Below are positions 46,101-55,580 of a stretch of 64,000 nt of DNA, piece by piece. Position numbers and translations under genes: made by a program. Each line of letters begins with the position of its first letter. The first letter of the stretch is position 1. The stretch lies in the IMG/VR virus record IMGVR_UViG_3300037454_000906, positions 189,118 through 253,117 of that record, one strand, 5' to 3'. The notes beneath the pieces were generated by a model. That model had not been told where the DNA came from and searched no databases. It was given only the letters and a program-made list of their open reading frames with translations. The stretch comes from a virus.

Positions 46101-49100
46101 GTGCAGAGGTGGCGAAGTCGCTGGCCTTGCTGTTGGAGTCAACGAGGTTGCCGTTGCCATCCAGAGCAGCGAAGTTTCCACTCGTCGCCCCGCTTACTTT
46201 ATCGGCCTTTCCGCTGATGTCCTGGTGGGACTGCAACGCGGTATCGGCTTTTCCTAGCGAAGTCTGGACAGCCGAGCTGAGATCGGTGAGGGGAATGCCA
46301 CCAGAAGGGAGATCGTATTTAGCATTCCAATCACTCTTGTTCGACGATGTAACGTGAATATCGGTATCGGCAATGTGAGTATCGTAGTTGCTCACCGCAG
46401 TAGCGGTGATTCCGGAATCGATGGCTGCCTTTTCATCAGCGGTGAACGAAGAGTTGTTCAGCGTGTACTCGTAGGCCCATACAGTTCCGTTGAACTTGAA
46501 CCGGCGAACCTCATCATCAATACCAGTGGTCTGCGGGTTTTCTATCTCCACGTACACGTAGTCGTTGTTGGTCGGCGTCGTTCCGCTCGGCCAATTATGG
46601 TTGTTGAGGGCAGTCGCAATCTGTGCATTGGTAGCGCCGTAGGACAGGCCCAGGTTGGTCAGCGTAAAGTTTCCAAGGAACCTCGCCGTCGCTGTGGCCA
46701 CGGACGAATTGACAAAGTCGGCAACCGCCTTGCTCGACGGATATTCGGTTTCCGAAGTCGAGTCAATACTCTGCTTCTTGTTGGATTTCGACTCGGTATT
46801 GTCCGTAGTGATGTTCACTGCGGTGACCTTGCCGTTCGCCTCGGTAACCTTGACTTGCACGTTCGTGCCGTCAGATGACGTAACTTCGGCATCGAGAGCC
46901 TGTACAGCAGAGCTAACGGTGGATTCGGTAGCAACCTTGTTGGACGATGCGTTGTAGGTACCGTCAAAGGAGAGAGCATCTTGCTTATGGTTCCAAGTGT
47001 ATTTCTCGCCCGTCGTAACCAAGGACACATCGGTTCCACCTTCCGCAGCTGTCTTGCTTTCGTAGGTAGTGTCAGTGTCTGCATCCCATTCGACCGCAGT
47101 AGCGCCAGCGTTGACTTTCAGCACCTTTCCGCCGTTTCCGGCAATCGAAGGCAGCTCATTGGCCGGCTGGTCCACCCACCCAAGCGAACCGCTCGTATCG
47201 GTGACTCCGAGCACCTTGCCGTTGTCGCTCGACTGAGTAGACGGAACCTGTCGCACGGTGGCGACGGCTTCCGCGACAGCGGTACCGGACTGCGCATTGG
47301 TGGACGAAGCGCCATATGATTGATCAACACTAGGAATCGTTGGTTTGTTGGAGAGGTCGTTGTACGAACCCGACGTGGCCACGGTCGCGAGGGCACCCGG
47401 TTGTACGGCGGTCGCGCCGGCGGAGGCCCCGCTACGGATATCGGATAAGTCGCTTATGACATCCTGCTTACCACTGATATCCTGGTGAGTAGTCAACACC
47501 GTCGCCGAAGTTCCGCTCTTCAACGTAATGGTCGTCTTGTCCGCATCGGTTCCTGTTCCCGCCGTCACCGACATTTCGGATTTGAGGGCATATACGCTAA
47601 GATCTGGTTTGTTGAGAATCTCGCTCAACCCCGAACTGGAATTCCAATCCGATTTGACCTGTGCAGCCGGTACTGTAATGTCGACCGCCTTGTTTGCGTC
47701 CGGCGTTAATGCGGACCCATTCACCTTGACCAACTGAATTGCAGAATCAGCCTTGGTACCCTGTGCAGCGGAGGCGAAGTCACCGGCCTTGCTACCGGAA
47801 TCGGTAAGATTGCCATTGGAGTCGAGACCAGCAAAGTTCCCGTTTGTTGCACCGCTTACCTTATCAGCCTTATCCGATATTGCGCTTGCCACGGCAACAC
47901 CAGATTGGGCGTTGGCGGAGGTACCATCATACGTTTGGTCGACCCTCGGGATATCAGGTGTATTGCTTAGATCGGCATAGGATCCGGAGGTTGCGACAGT
48001 GGCCAGACTGGATGACAACACATAATCAGACAAGTCCGGTGTATTGGAGAGGTCACTGTATGACCCGCTGGTTGCGACAGTAGCCAGGTCACCTGGCTGA
48101 ACCGCTGTATCCGCTTTTCCGCCTTGCGCCGCTGTTGCAAAATCGCCGGCCTTGCTCCCGGAATCGGTAAGATTGCCGTTACTGTCGAGGCCCGCAAAGT
48201 TGCCGTTTGTAGCGCCACTGACCTTATCGGCTTTCCCGCTGATGTCCTGATGACTCTGGAGAGCGGTGTCCGCCTTTCCTAGTGATGTCTGGACAGATGA
48301 ACTAAGGTCAGTATCGGGAATGCCGCCGGACGGCTTCTGGTAAGCGGTCGCTCCGGCAGACGCGCCCTCACGAATAGTCTGCAAATCACTAATAGTATCC
48401 TGTTTACCGCTGATGTCTTGGTGAGCAGTAAGAACCGTCGCGGTCAATCCCGTCTTCAACTGGATAGTGGTTTTGTCCGCATCAGTTCCAGTTCCCGCCG
48501 TCACCGACATTTCGGATTTGTCGGCTTTCCCACTGACCGCATTAGTTACGGTGCTGACAGTGGCCACCTTATTATCGGATGCGTCATATGTACCATCAAA
48601 CGCAAGCGTGTCCTGCTTGCCGGATATGGCGCTCGCGACAGCCGTACCAGATTGGGCATTGGTTGAAGACGAGCTGTACGACTGGTCAACCGTTGGGATA
48701 CTTGGTTTATTGGATAGGTCAGAGTAGGAACCACTGGTTGCGACCGTAGCCAGGTCGCCCGGCTGTACCGCTGAATCAGCCTTGGTACCCTGTGCAGCAG
48801 TAGCAAAGTCACTGGCCTTGCTTCCGGAGTCAACGAGGTTTCCATTACCATCCAGAGCCGCGAAATTTCCGCTCGCCGCCCCACTTACTTTATCGGCCTT
48901 GCCGCTAATATCCTGGTGGGACTGTAGTGCGGTATCGGCTTTTCCGAGGGAAGTCTGCACAGCTGAGCTGAGATCAGTATCCGGGATGCCACCGGAGGGT
49001 TTCTGATATGCGGAATCGGCTAGAGTACCCTGTGCCGCCGTTGCAAAGTCGGCGGCTTTACTCCCGGAATCGGTAAGGTTCCCGTTAGAGTCAAGACCGG

Positions 49101-51294
49101 CAAAGTTGCCGTTAGTTGCAGAAGATACTTTATCGGCCTTGCCGCTGATGTCCTGGTGACTCTGGAGAGCGGTGTCCGCCTTCCCAAGCGATGTCTGGAC
49201 AACTGAACTGAGGTCAGTGTCGGGAATGCCTCCTGACGGCTTCTGATACGCAGTGGCGCCATCCGCGGCACCTGCACGTATGGTGTCCAGGTCACTAATA
49301 ACATCTTGCTTGCCGGAAATGTCTTGGTGAGACGTAAGCACAGTTGCCGATGTACCGGACTTCAATGTAATGGTCGTCTTGTCGGCATCGTTACCCGTCC
49401 CAGGAACAACCGACATTTCAGCCTTGTCGGCCTTACCGGATATATCTTGGTGACTTTGAAGTGCACTATCCGCCAAATCAAGCGAATTTTGAACACCACT
49501 GGCCAAATCGGCCTTGGGTATACCGCCAGAGGGCTTGTCATACTTGGCGTTCCAGTTATACTTCTCGCCAGTAGTAACCAACGAGACATCGGTCCCGGAC
49601 TCGGATGCAGTCTTGCTCTCATACGTAGTGTCCGTCGCCGAGATAACCCCGGTAGTCGAGTCAATGCTAAGGTTGCTTCCGGCATTGACACCGATCGCGG
49701 TACCGCTGATTATAATACCAGGTCCGGCAGTATATTCAGTGGTGCCCCCACCACCCCCGCCAACCGCGGAAATGGTATTGGTATTCGGATCAATTGTAAT
49801 GTTTGCCCCCGCCGTCAATTTCATCTGGAGGTCACTCAGCGATTTACCGGAATCACTTATGCCGCCGGCGCTGTCCAATGCAACAAGATTGCCGGTGGTT
49901 CCGCCGGAAATCTTGTCAACCTTACCGGAAATATCCTGGTGCTGCTGTAAAGCCGTATCGGCCTTAGCAAGAGACGCCTGTACTCCAGAACTGAGGTCAG
50001 TATCGGGAATGCCACCGGATGGTTTTTGGTAAGCGGAATCAGCTTTACCGAGAGACACCTGGGTTTCATGGGACATGTCCGTGGATGGCATTCCCCCCGC
50101 CGGCAACTGGTAAGCGGAGTCAGCCAGCGCGCCCTGCGCACTCGTGGCGAAGTCAGCGGCCTTGTTGCCTGAATCAGTCAAGTTTCCGGATGCATCGAGC
50201 GCAGCGAAATTGCCACTGGTCGACGAGGTAACCTTGTCGGCCTTTCCACTGATATCCTGATGACTCTGGATAGCCGTATCAGCCTTGCCTAGCGAGTCCT
50301 GTACTGCGGAACTAAGATCGGTTGATGGGATGCCCCCGGACGGCTTTTGATATGCCGTAGCGCCGGATGCCGCGCCAGAACGTATCGTTTCCAAGTCACC
50401 GATGGCATCCTGCTTCCCATCCCATGCCGCCTTGTCTTGCGTTGTCACATGAATGTCAGAATCGGAAACGTGGCCATCATAAGCATTGACCTTAGTAGAA
50501 TTAACTCCACTGTTGATGGCAGCTTCCTGTGACTGGGTAAAGGACGGGATGCTTGGCTTATCCGTCAAATCATTATAGGACCCACTGGTGGCAACAGCGG
50601 CAAGATTTGGTTTATTAAGAATCGCCGCCACGCCTTCGGTCGCATTCCAGTCAGCGTTTACCTGAGACGCAGCTTGAGGCGAAACCCACCCCACCGTTCC
50701 CGCGGCGTCGGTCACCCCAAGGATCTTTCCGGTGTCAGTTGATTGGGCAGGCGGGACCTGCCGTACATCAGCAAGGGCGCCCGCGACCGCCGTGCCTGAC
50801 TGGGCGTTACCCGAAGATGCATTATATGACTGATCGACTGCCGGTATGGTTGGCTTGTTGCTTAAGTCGTTATAGTCACCGCTGAACAGCTCCGGTTTAT
50901 TGTTCAGATCTTCATAGTTTCCCGTGGAAGCGACGGTAGACAAGCTGTTGGGCTGGACCGCGGTGTCAGCTTTGCCAAGTGCCCCCTGCACGTCCGCGGC
51001 CAAATCGCTTTCCGGTATGCCGCCAACTGGCTTCTCGTATTTACCATCAATGTCACTTTTGGTTACGCCTATGTTGTGCCAGCCATCCTGTTCAATCACA
51101 AACGGCCAATACCTCGCGCCGGCGGTACCGATTTCCTTCAAAATGAATAGTTTGTGCCGGTCGACCGGCGATACCGTTTCTATGTCCGGTAACGAATCAA
51201 CGATCTTGTAGCGATTGTTGAGGCGAGAATAAAACATTACTATCCCATTCTCGTCAAGATACTTAATTTTTAATACATCATCACTATTGTCCAT
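43108..51294 (-). CDS. Giant modular repeat tail-fibre-like protein with C-terminal histidine phosphatase domain (2728 aa)
   Basis: Many LATVATSGSYxDL, QKPSGGIP, HQDISGKADKV and GNFAGLDSNGNL repeats; C-terminal VIFVLRHAER, YLRC, THD motifs. Confidence 0.8.
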   Translation of the reverse strand: MDNSDDVLKIKYLDENGIVMFYSRLNNRYKIVDSLPDIETVSPVDRHKLFILKEIGTAGARYWPFVIEQDGWHNIGVTKSDIDGKYEKPVGGIPESDLAADVQGALGKADTAVQPNSLSTVASTGNYEDLNNKPELFSGDYNDLSNKPTIPAVDQSYNASSGNAQSGTAVAGALADVRQVPPAQSTDTGKILGVTDAAGTVGWVSPQAASQVNADWNATEGVAAILNKPNLAAVATSGSYNDLTDKPSIPSFTQSQEAAINSGVNSTKVNAYDGHVSDSDIHVTTQDKAAWDGKQDAIGDLETIRSGAASGATAYQKPSGGIPSTDLSSAVQDSLGKADTAIQSHQDISGKADKVTSSTSGNFAALDASGNLTDSGNKAADFATSAQGALADSAYQLPAGGMPSTDMSHETQVSLGKADSAYQKPSGGIPDTDLSSGVQASLAKADTALQQHQDISGKVDKISGGTTGNLVALDSAGGISDSGKSLSDLQMKLTAGANITIDPNTNTISAVGGGGGGTTEYTAGPGIIISGTAIGVNAGSNLSIDSTTGVISATDTTYESKTASESGTDVSLVTTGEKYNWNAKYDKPSGGIPKADLASGVQNSLDLADSALQSHQDISGKADKAEMSVVPGTGNDADKTTITLKSGTSATVLTSHQDISGKQDVISDLDTIRAGAADGATAYQKPSGGIPDTDLSSVVQTSLGKADTALQSHQDISGKADKVSSATNGNFAGLDSNGNLTDSGSKAADFATAAQGTLADSAYQKPSGGIPDTDLSSAVQTSLGKADTALQSHQDISGKADKVSGAASGNFAALDGNGNLVDSGSKASDFATAAQGTKADSAVQPGDLATVATSGSYSDLSNKPSIPTVDQSYSSSSTNAQSGTAVASAISGKQDTLAFDGTYDASDNKVATVSTVTNAVSGKADKSEMSVTAGTGTDADKTTIQLKTGLTATVLTAHQDISGKQDTISDLQTIREGASAGATAYQKPSGGIPDTDLSSSVQTSLGKADTALQSHQDISGKADKVSGATNGNFAGLDSNGNLTDSGSKAGDFATAAQGGKADTAVQPGDLATVATSGSYSDLSNTPDLSDYVLSSSLATVATSGSYADLSNTPDIPRVDQTYDGTSANAQSGVAVASAISDKADKVSGATNGNFAGLDSNGNLTDSGSKAGDFASAAQGTKADSAIQLVKVNGSALTPDANKAVDITVPAAQVKSDWNSSSGLSEILNKPDLSVYALKSEMSVTAGTGTDADKTTITLKSGTSATVLTTHQDISGKQDVISDLSDIRSGASAGATAVQPGALATVATSGSYNDLSNKPTIPSVDQSYGASSTNAQSGTAVAEAVATVRQVPSTQSSDNGKVLGVTDTSGSLGWVDQPANELPSIAGNGGKVLKVNAGATAVEWDADTDTTYESKTAAEGGTDVSLVTTGEKYTWNHKQDALSFDGTYNASSNKVATESTVSSAVQALDAEVTSSDGTNVQVKVTEANGKVTAVNITTDNTESKSNKKQSIDSTSETEYPSSKAVADFVNSSVATATARFLGNFTLTNLGLSYGATNAQIATALNNHNWPSGTTPTNNDYVYVEIENPQTTGIDDEVRRFKFNGTVWAYEYTLNNSSFTADEKAAIDSGITATAVSNYDTHIADTDIHVTSSNKSDWNAKYDLPSGGIPLTDLSSAVQTSLGKADTALQSHQDISGKADKVSGATSGNFAALDGNGNLVDSNSKASDFATSAQGAKADSAYQKPSGGIPDTDLSSGVQASLGKADTAVQPGNLATVATSGSYTDLSNTPDLSGYALSSSLATVATSGDYNDLDNLPTIPTVDQSYDASSVNAQSGVAVASAISDKADKVSSATNGNFAGLDSNGNLTDSGSKASDFATAAQGAKADSAYQKPSGGIPDTDLSSSVQTSLGKADTALQSHQDISGKADKVSGATNGNFAGLDSNGNLTDSGSKASDFATAAQGTLADSAYQKPSGGIPDTDLSSGVQASLAKADTALQSHQDISGKADKVSGATNGNFAGLDSNGNLTDSGSKAGDFATSAQGAKADSAYQKPSGGIPDTDLSSGVQASLGKADTALQSHQDISGKADKVSGATNGNFAGLDANGNLTDSGSKASDFATAAQGTLADSAYQLPSGGMPSTDMASAVQTSLGKADSAIQGVKVNSTALTPDANHIVDITINNATVTIDMAGTASSPNRSVGSFTVDQSAASTITIPTAVSAIPEVIDQNNEVVTAAVPAQPGVLSSGDKEKLDGLFNVTGSSTIAIDPSTHAVSAIVGPDGGVVAGASGLIVQPDLVSRVVYVGADCVYNDKTFWSDSATVDGIIADYANQTVTDYRGNGVPLARFVAEYDSNRYRIANIDETPGTVEYNRKIGGQIIDLMRSDFWMSSHPTYDIIKFDQDMDKLFDLLMTGSPMNAYLLLNEMTSTAFITDARREMYMDMIKAYDAWPYTDKDTAYADFMAEHALDRFVQVSTSWPLNSWNSYRYVMAGTKTATDKVIFVLRHAERGDDTSVNGDINSTGVTTCTTMGEQVRNNASWSSGGTTYRIDNFPANDATYYSTEYLRCKHSAQAFAEARYDTDFAASDYSGITVEADMLNQYRFFYQPASSGNSDLIRKYSVNPSQLTSSELSNYFGVSSAAEAQEKLSNDYVRVCKEILNKSTARLNMFYTHDFFTLPLAVMASNKYFDFSGNSSADNRNWINYCAGIGMVLHPDNTYEVMPVRGKSNGSMTI
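44921..45780. repeat. In-frame 240-bp tandem repeat (about 3.5-4 copies; further copies at 48781-49260 and elsewhere)
   Basis: Lines at 44941, 45181, 45421 and 45661 are near-identical at an exact 240-bp period (80 aa). Confidence 0.9.
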
Positions 51295-51296
51295 GT

Positions 51297-51851
51297 TTAA
51301 TCCCTTGAATCTATGGCGTCAAATATCGAGTTTAATTCTTCCAGCGTATACGGTTCAAACTCATAGTTTGAACCGGTACCGGTATAGGCAATCTTGTAAT
51401 ACGTCACGTAGGCGCTTTCGTTCTTCGTGACCTTTATGTCACCCTCGCCCTCTATGACAATCTCCTTAATCACGGCACTTGCCCGACATGGTTCCGGCAC
51501 CGGTGGCTTTGGTATTGGGGGCGGGGCGGCTGGACCCGGAGGGGGTAGCATCGGCGCAACCGAGCGAGGCTTGTGCGAAACCGGATGAGTAACCGGCATC
51601 GGAGGAACGCAATGTGGCCTATGCGGAACCGGTGCATTTGCCGGAATTGGAATGTTCATCGGGATAGGGGCATTCGCCGGCACCGGTCCAATACCGGGAA
51701 ACATGATGGGTTCCTTCGGCGGATGGCTCATCCGGTGGGGAAGGGGCAATGGTGCTGGGCCCATGTCAGGATACAGCGCCGAGGCACTTGTCTGTACAGG
51801 ATCGGTTACCGTCTTCACTGGTCCCGGATGTTTGCAATTGCATCCCTTCAT
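51297..51851 (-). CDS. Pro/His/Cys-rich protein upstream of the giant fibre (184 aa)
   Basis: ATG 8 nt after TATAAAC (51860-51866); ends YTLEELNSIF, 2 bp from the fibre start. Confidence 0.65.
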   Translation of the reverse strand: MKGCNCKHPGPVKTVTDPVQTSASALYPDMGPAPLPLPHRMSHPPKEPIMFPGIGPVPANAPIPMNIPIPANAPVPHRPHCVPPMPVTHPVSHKPRSVAPMLPPPGPAAPPPIPKPPVPEPCRASAVIKEIVIEGEGDIKVTKNESAYVTYYKIAYTGTGSNYEFEPYTLEELNSIFDAIDSRD

Positions 51852-51871
51852 GCCCAACAGTTTATAAGCGG

Positions 51872-51899
51872 AAAAGGGAGTCGCCTTTCGGCAACCCCC
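51872..51899 (-). terminator. Intrinsic terminator (GAAA loop)
   Basis: Minus strand GGGGGTTGCC-GAAA-GGCGACTCCC-TTTT. Confidence 0.75.
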
Positions 51900-51938
51900 G
51901 TGAAGCACGTTCGATATTAAGTTAAGCCCAGGAAATTC

Positions 51939-52421
51939 TTACTTGGCCTTTTTGCGGGTCGTCCGCTTTGTCACGGTTTTTTGTTTGGTCGTCTTGGCGG
52001 CCTTCCCCTCGGTATCAGACAGCACGAGGCCGTGCTTCGTGGCAAAGTCCTTGGAAAGAATCCCCTCATTTTTCTTTTTGCCGGGAGCTTTCTTCTTGGT
52101 ATTCGTCTTTGTCTTGGTGGTCGGCTTCTTGGCGGCTTTCTTGCGTGAAGTGCCCTTCTTTTCGGTCGGCACTTCTCCCGCGACAGGGACTTCGATTGTC
52201 GCCGGCTCAAATGGCGGTTCCGGGATTGTATTCACCGGGGACACTTCCATTTCGATGGTTGTTTCCGGAGTGGGTACCGGAGTGGTTTCCTCCGGAATCG
52301 GGTCATCGGACATTGCCGCCCGCGCCTTACGATTGCTTTTGATGATGCTGTACAGCGGGAGGCCGAATGCAATCAGGCCCAGAATTGCCGCCACAATTAT
52401 GATGATGGTACCTTCTGACAT
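51939..52421 (-). CDS. Membrane-anchored protein with Lys-rich tail (160 aa)
   Basis: TM helix IIIIVAAILGLIAFGLPLY, P/E/T linker, K/T/A-rich C-terminus; GAGG RBS. Confidence 0.7.
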   Translation of the reverse strand: MSEGTIIIIVAAILGLIAFGLPLYSIIKSNRKARAAMSDDPIPEETTPVPTPETTIEMEVSPVNTIPEPPFEPATIEVPVAGEVPTEKKGTSRKKAAKKPTTKTKTNTKKKAPGKKKNEGILSKDFATKHGLVLSDTEGKAAKTTKQKTVTKRTTRKKAK

Positions 52422-52490
52422 AATGTTTGTCCTCGGATTTATGTTGTGTTTCCGGTTTTAAACTACATCAATTCATCTAAACTGTACTGT

Positions 52491-52790
52491 ATGACACGCA
52501 GAAAGACACATTCGACCGAACCCGATGAACGAAACGAGGACACCATGCCCCCAGTTTCCGGTGACCTGGAACCGAATCCACCGGATTCCGTTCCAGAAAC
52601 AACCGAGAAACCCTCGGTAGTTGCGCATGACCCACCGCCGGTCAATGTTCGGGTCCCGGAAAAGCGACCCGTTTCACCATCTGCACCGGCACCCGCACCT
52701 AAAAAGCGGGTTAGGGATCGGCCCAGTCAGAAAAAGAAACTTTCTGTCGCGGTTCTATGCACCGATCCACTGACCCAGCGATTCATCTAA
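52491..52790 (+). CDS. Pro-rich hypothetical protein (99 aa)
   Basis: ATG 8 nt after promoter variant TCTAAAC; terminator follows. Confidence 0.55.
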   Translation: MTRRKTHSTEPDERNEDTMPPVSGDLEPNPPDSVPETTEKPSVVAHDPPPVNVRVPEKRPVSPSAPAPAPKKRVRDRPSQKKKLSVAVLCTDPLTQRFI

Positions 52791-52792
52791 CG

Positions 52793-52819
52793 AAAACGGT
52801 GACCGATGGCCACCGTTTT
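52793..52819. terminator. Bidirectional terminator
   Basis: AAAACGGTG...CACCGTTTT between convergent genes. Confidence 0.8.
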
Positions 52820-52830
52820 CATGTCGTTCC

Positions 52831-53364
52831 CTAGTCCTCGTCGGATTCCGGGGGTTCGATAGGGGTCAACTGGACCGGATCGCTATCCAGATGGAAGAAG
52901 CTCAGCTTCATAGGGATAGCCACCTTCTTACCCATCGGGTCGGCTTCCTTTCTCTTGATCCAGAAACTAAGTTTGCCGTCGATGTCATCACAATTCTTGA
53001 TGCCCTCGATGGTACAGATTGTGGTATCCTCCACACCACCCTTTTTCAGCTTCTTAACGGTGCGCGTGAACGTGGCCACCTTCAAAGTTGCCTGGAAAGT
53101 GACGATGTGTTCCAGTTCGGTACCAAAATCGAACTGAACATATACCGGGAAGTCGGCCAAGTTCGCCTTTACGGTACCCTGCGGGAAACCACGATCGACG
53201 TTGTCTACGCCGAAACGGTTTTCGAGGACGGAGGCAAACTCCTCGGAGTCGTTGGTCCGCGCAAACCTGAATTTGAACTTGGTCACCGTGGTGTCCTTGA
53301 TGACCGGGTTGGCCATCGACATCAATGTGCCGACTGCTGTAAAAAATGGTTGTTCTTCTGCCAT
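52831..53364 (-). CDS. Hypothetical protein (177 aa)
   Basis: Start MAEEQPF after AAAGGA; the upstream part of the ORF-track call is a shadow of the plus-strand gene. Confidence 0.65.
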   Translation of the reverse strand: MAEEQPFFTAVGTLMSMANPVIKDTTVTKFKFRFARTNDSEEFASVLENRFGVDNVDRGFPQGTVKANLADFPVYVQFDFGTELEHIVTFQATLKVATFTRTVKKLKKGGVEDTTICTIEGIKNCDDIDGKLSFWIKRKEADPMGKKVAIPMKLSFFHLDSDPVQLTPIEPPESDED

Positions 53365-53454
53365 GATAGTAAATCCTTTTAGATGTTCATGGGAAATATA
53401 GCAAAAACTGCGCCCGCTGAATATAAATCTTGTAAAAATTTTCACGGTCTCGCC

Positions 53455-54426
53455 ATGGAACCATACGTACTGTACAAGGAAAACGGGAACTACAAGTTCA
53501 CCAACAGCGACAACTACAACGCCCGGATGCAGGATGCCAACCGAATTTGCACATTCAGCAAGGAAGAAGGCTTCGAAAACGCCCAAGAAGTCCTGGATTA
53601 CATATGCAAGTATTCCACATATGTTACTCCTGAATCGGTCAAGGTCCTTGCCGAAGGCGTCGAGGAGCCGGACATGACCGAGCTGCGGTTCACCGGACTC
53701 ACCGACCAGATTGACGTTCTTGCGGGCATGGCTCACGAGAATGGTAGTTTGTCCCCCGCCCAAAAGGACCAAGTTGCCGACCTGCGCGAGCAGGTACGAT
53801 GCTACGGGGAACGGGGCGAACCTTGGGTCAAGGTCTGCGATGACCTGATCAATGGGGGAGCCGGCCTTCTTGAGTCCATGATGGGCAAGTATACCATCTT
53901 CATCGAAAGCATCGGCTGTCCCGACTATCTTGCGGACGCGGCACTCAATGCTTTCAAGGCTGTTCTGGTTGAAGCATCCCAATCCAGCGACGTAGCCGAG
54001 CAACTGCGTTCCAAGGTCGGGCGCAACCCGAATGAGACACAAGGTATCGGCGTGTTTGGCCTCGGCGGAGATGACAATCTACCTGAACGAGTCACTATCG
54101 ACAACCAAATTGCCGACAGCATGGCGGCGGGCACCTTCGACAGTTTGGGGGACAACATTACCACCGCGTCCCCGAACGATTTCGATGAAACTATGATGGG
54201 GATAGGCGATTCGCCTACGGATACGTCAGGCAACGATCTGCACCCCGAGGATTGGAATCAATCGGGAGAAAGCACACCCGCCGATCCAGTGGTCCAAACC
54301 GACTCCGATACAACTGTCGTTGACAGCCAGCCACTCGAGGAAACGCCGGGGGAGAGTTCGCCTCCCACCGAGGAACCCGTGGCTGATTCCATGGCCGAGC
54401 CGAAATCTGACGAACTTACGATATAG
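53455..54426 (+). CDS. Acidic hypothetical protein, probable internal head protein
   Basis: TATAAAT at 53422-53428; internal motif LADAALNAFKAVLVEA; D/E/S/T-rich tail. Confidence 0.7.
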   Translation: MEPYVLYKENGNYKFTNSDNYNARMQDANRICTFSKEEGFENAQEVLDYICKYSTYVTPESVKVLAEGVEEPDMTELRFTGLTDQIDVLAGMAHENGSLSPAQKDQVADLREQVRCYGERGEPWVKVCDDLINGGAGLLESMMGKYTIFIESIGCPDYLADAALNAFKAVLVEASQSSDVAEQLRSKVGRNPNETQGIGVFGLGGDDNLPERVTIDNQIADSMAAGTFDSLGDNITTASPNDFDETMMGIGDSPTDTSGNDLHPEDWNQSGESTPADPVVQTDSDTTVVDSQPLEETPGESSPPTEEPVADSMAEPKSDELTI

Positions 54427-54452
54427 AAAACCCGCCGATTGGCGGGTTTTTT
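54427..54452. terminator. Bidirectional terminator
   Basis: AAAACCCGCC-gatt-GGCGGGTTTT. Confidence 0.85.
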
Positions 54453-54467
54453 AATGGTTGTACAAAA

Positions 54468-55571
54468 CTAAACATCGGCAACCGGATTAATCTTGTCGTG
54501 CTCGCGGTCGGCTTTCTTCTTTTCGTTCTTGGCAATTTCCCTGACTTGCGCACGGATTTCCTTATCTTTCTCACGGAGTCGTTTCATCAGGTTCTCCCGA
54601 ACGCTCTTATTGTACTGCCTGCGCGTCTCAGATACGTTACCTTCGCGAACGAACTTGTCGAGGTTACCAATCACCTTAGAAAGTTTCACCTCTTCATCGT
54701 TCATCACGTTCACGGCAGTGAGGCGAGCCGTTGACTGTTCACGGACATTCTTCACCTTTTCATCGATGTCATCCCATACACCATACAGGGCATGGTAGGA
54801 CTGGGTGATGTAATTCAGTATACCCGTACCCGACATCGGCTTCTGGTCCACCCGGCCTTCCGGTATCCAGCGGTCCGCCTTCCAGGTCTTCCCCTCAACA
54901 AACACGGGAACTATCATCAGGCGTCCATCCCCTCCAATGCGCACCAGGGTCATGTGCTTCGCGTTGGCAGACCAGCATATGCACTTGCGCCGCTTGGTGC
55001 CACCATCATCAAAGGCGAGACTGACCGTTTCCGGACACTGGAACACTACCCCCCAATAGTAGCCGTTCGTATCAGAAGGACTCAGGTCGGCCAGCTTCGA
55101 CACGTACATGTAGCCATTTCGACGGCCACCAACTTCTTCCGGCTTAGAGTTAGTCTCGATTTTCCAGAATGCATTCAAGTTTGGTGCACCATGGTATGTC
55201 TGCGTAGTCACGATTTCCCTTGATTCGACTTCGGACTGCATCAGGTCGATGAACCAGGTCTCGTCAGGTTCAAGCACCGGCTCCCCCGTGTGGTAGAACA
55301 GGTTTAAGGTGCCGTTGACGAACTCCAGCCAATCCTTGTCGGTATCATTTTGGAAATCATACGAGTTGAACCACTGCTCATATTTCTGCTGCGCGGCAGT
55401 AGGGAGCTGCACGACACGCGACATGTTGCGAAATTGAAACGGCGAGTATCCAAATTCCCCACACTTGTGGGCAATCCAGAAATCCAGTATCACATCCTTG
55501 TGAGACTTCCAGGTTATTCCGTCCTGAATGTAGTTAATCAGACGGATTCCGGCTATCTTCCTCGCCTTCAC
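54468..55571 (-). CDS. Hypothetical protein (367 aa)
   Basis: Long ORF, 9 bp from the upstream gene, aromatic-rich with C-terminal coiled coil. Confidence 0.7.
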   Translation of the reverse strand: MKARKIAGIRLINYIQDGITWKSHKDVILDFWIAHKCGEFGYSPFQFRNMSRVVQLPTAAQQKYEQWFNSYDFQNDTDKDWLEFVNGTLNLFYHTGEPVLEPDETWFIDLMQSEVESREIVTTQTYHGAPNLNAFWKIETNSKPEEVGGRRNGYMYVSKLADLSPSDTNGYYWGVVFQCPETVSLAFDDGGTKRRKCICWSANAKHMTLVRIGGDGRLMIVPVFVEGKTWKADRWIPEGRVDQKPMSGTGILNYITQSYHALYGVWDDIDEKVKNVREQSTARLTAVNVMNDEEVKLSKVIGNLDKFVREGNVSETRRQYNKSVRENLMKRLREKDKEIRAQVREIAKNEKKKADREHDKINPVADV

Positions 55572-55580
55572 GCCATCCCC

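Noticed and set aside
44900-50400. Repeats as a CRISPR array or DGR template/variable pair
   Set aside because: Repeats are in-frame coding units with synonymous divergence; no unique spacers, no cas or reverse transcriptase gene, no evident adenine-specific mismatch pattern.
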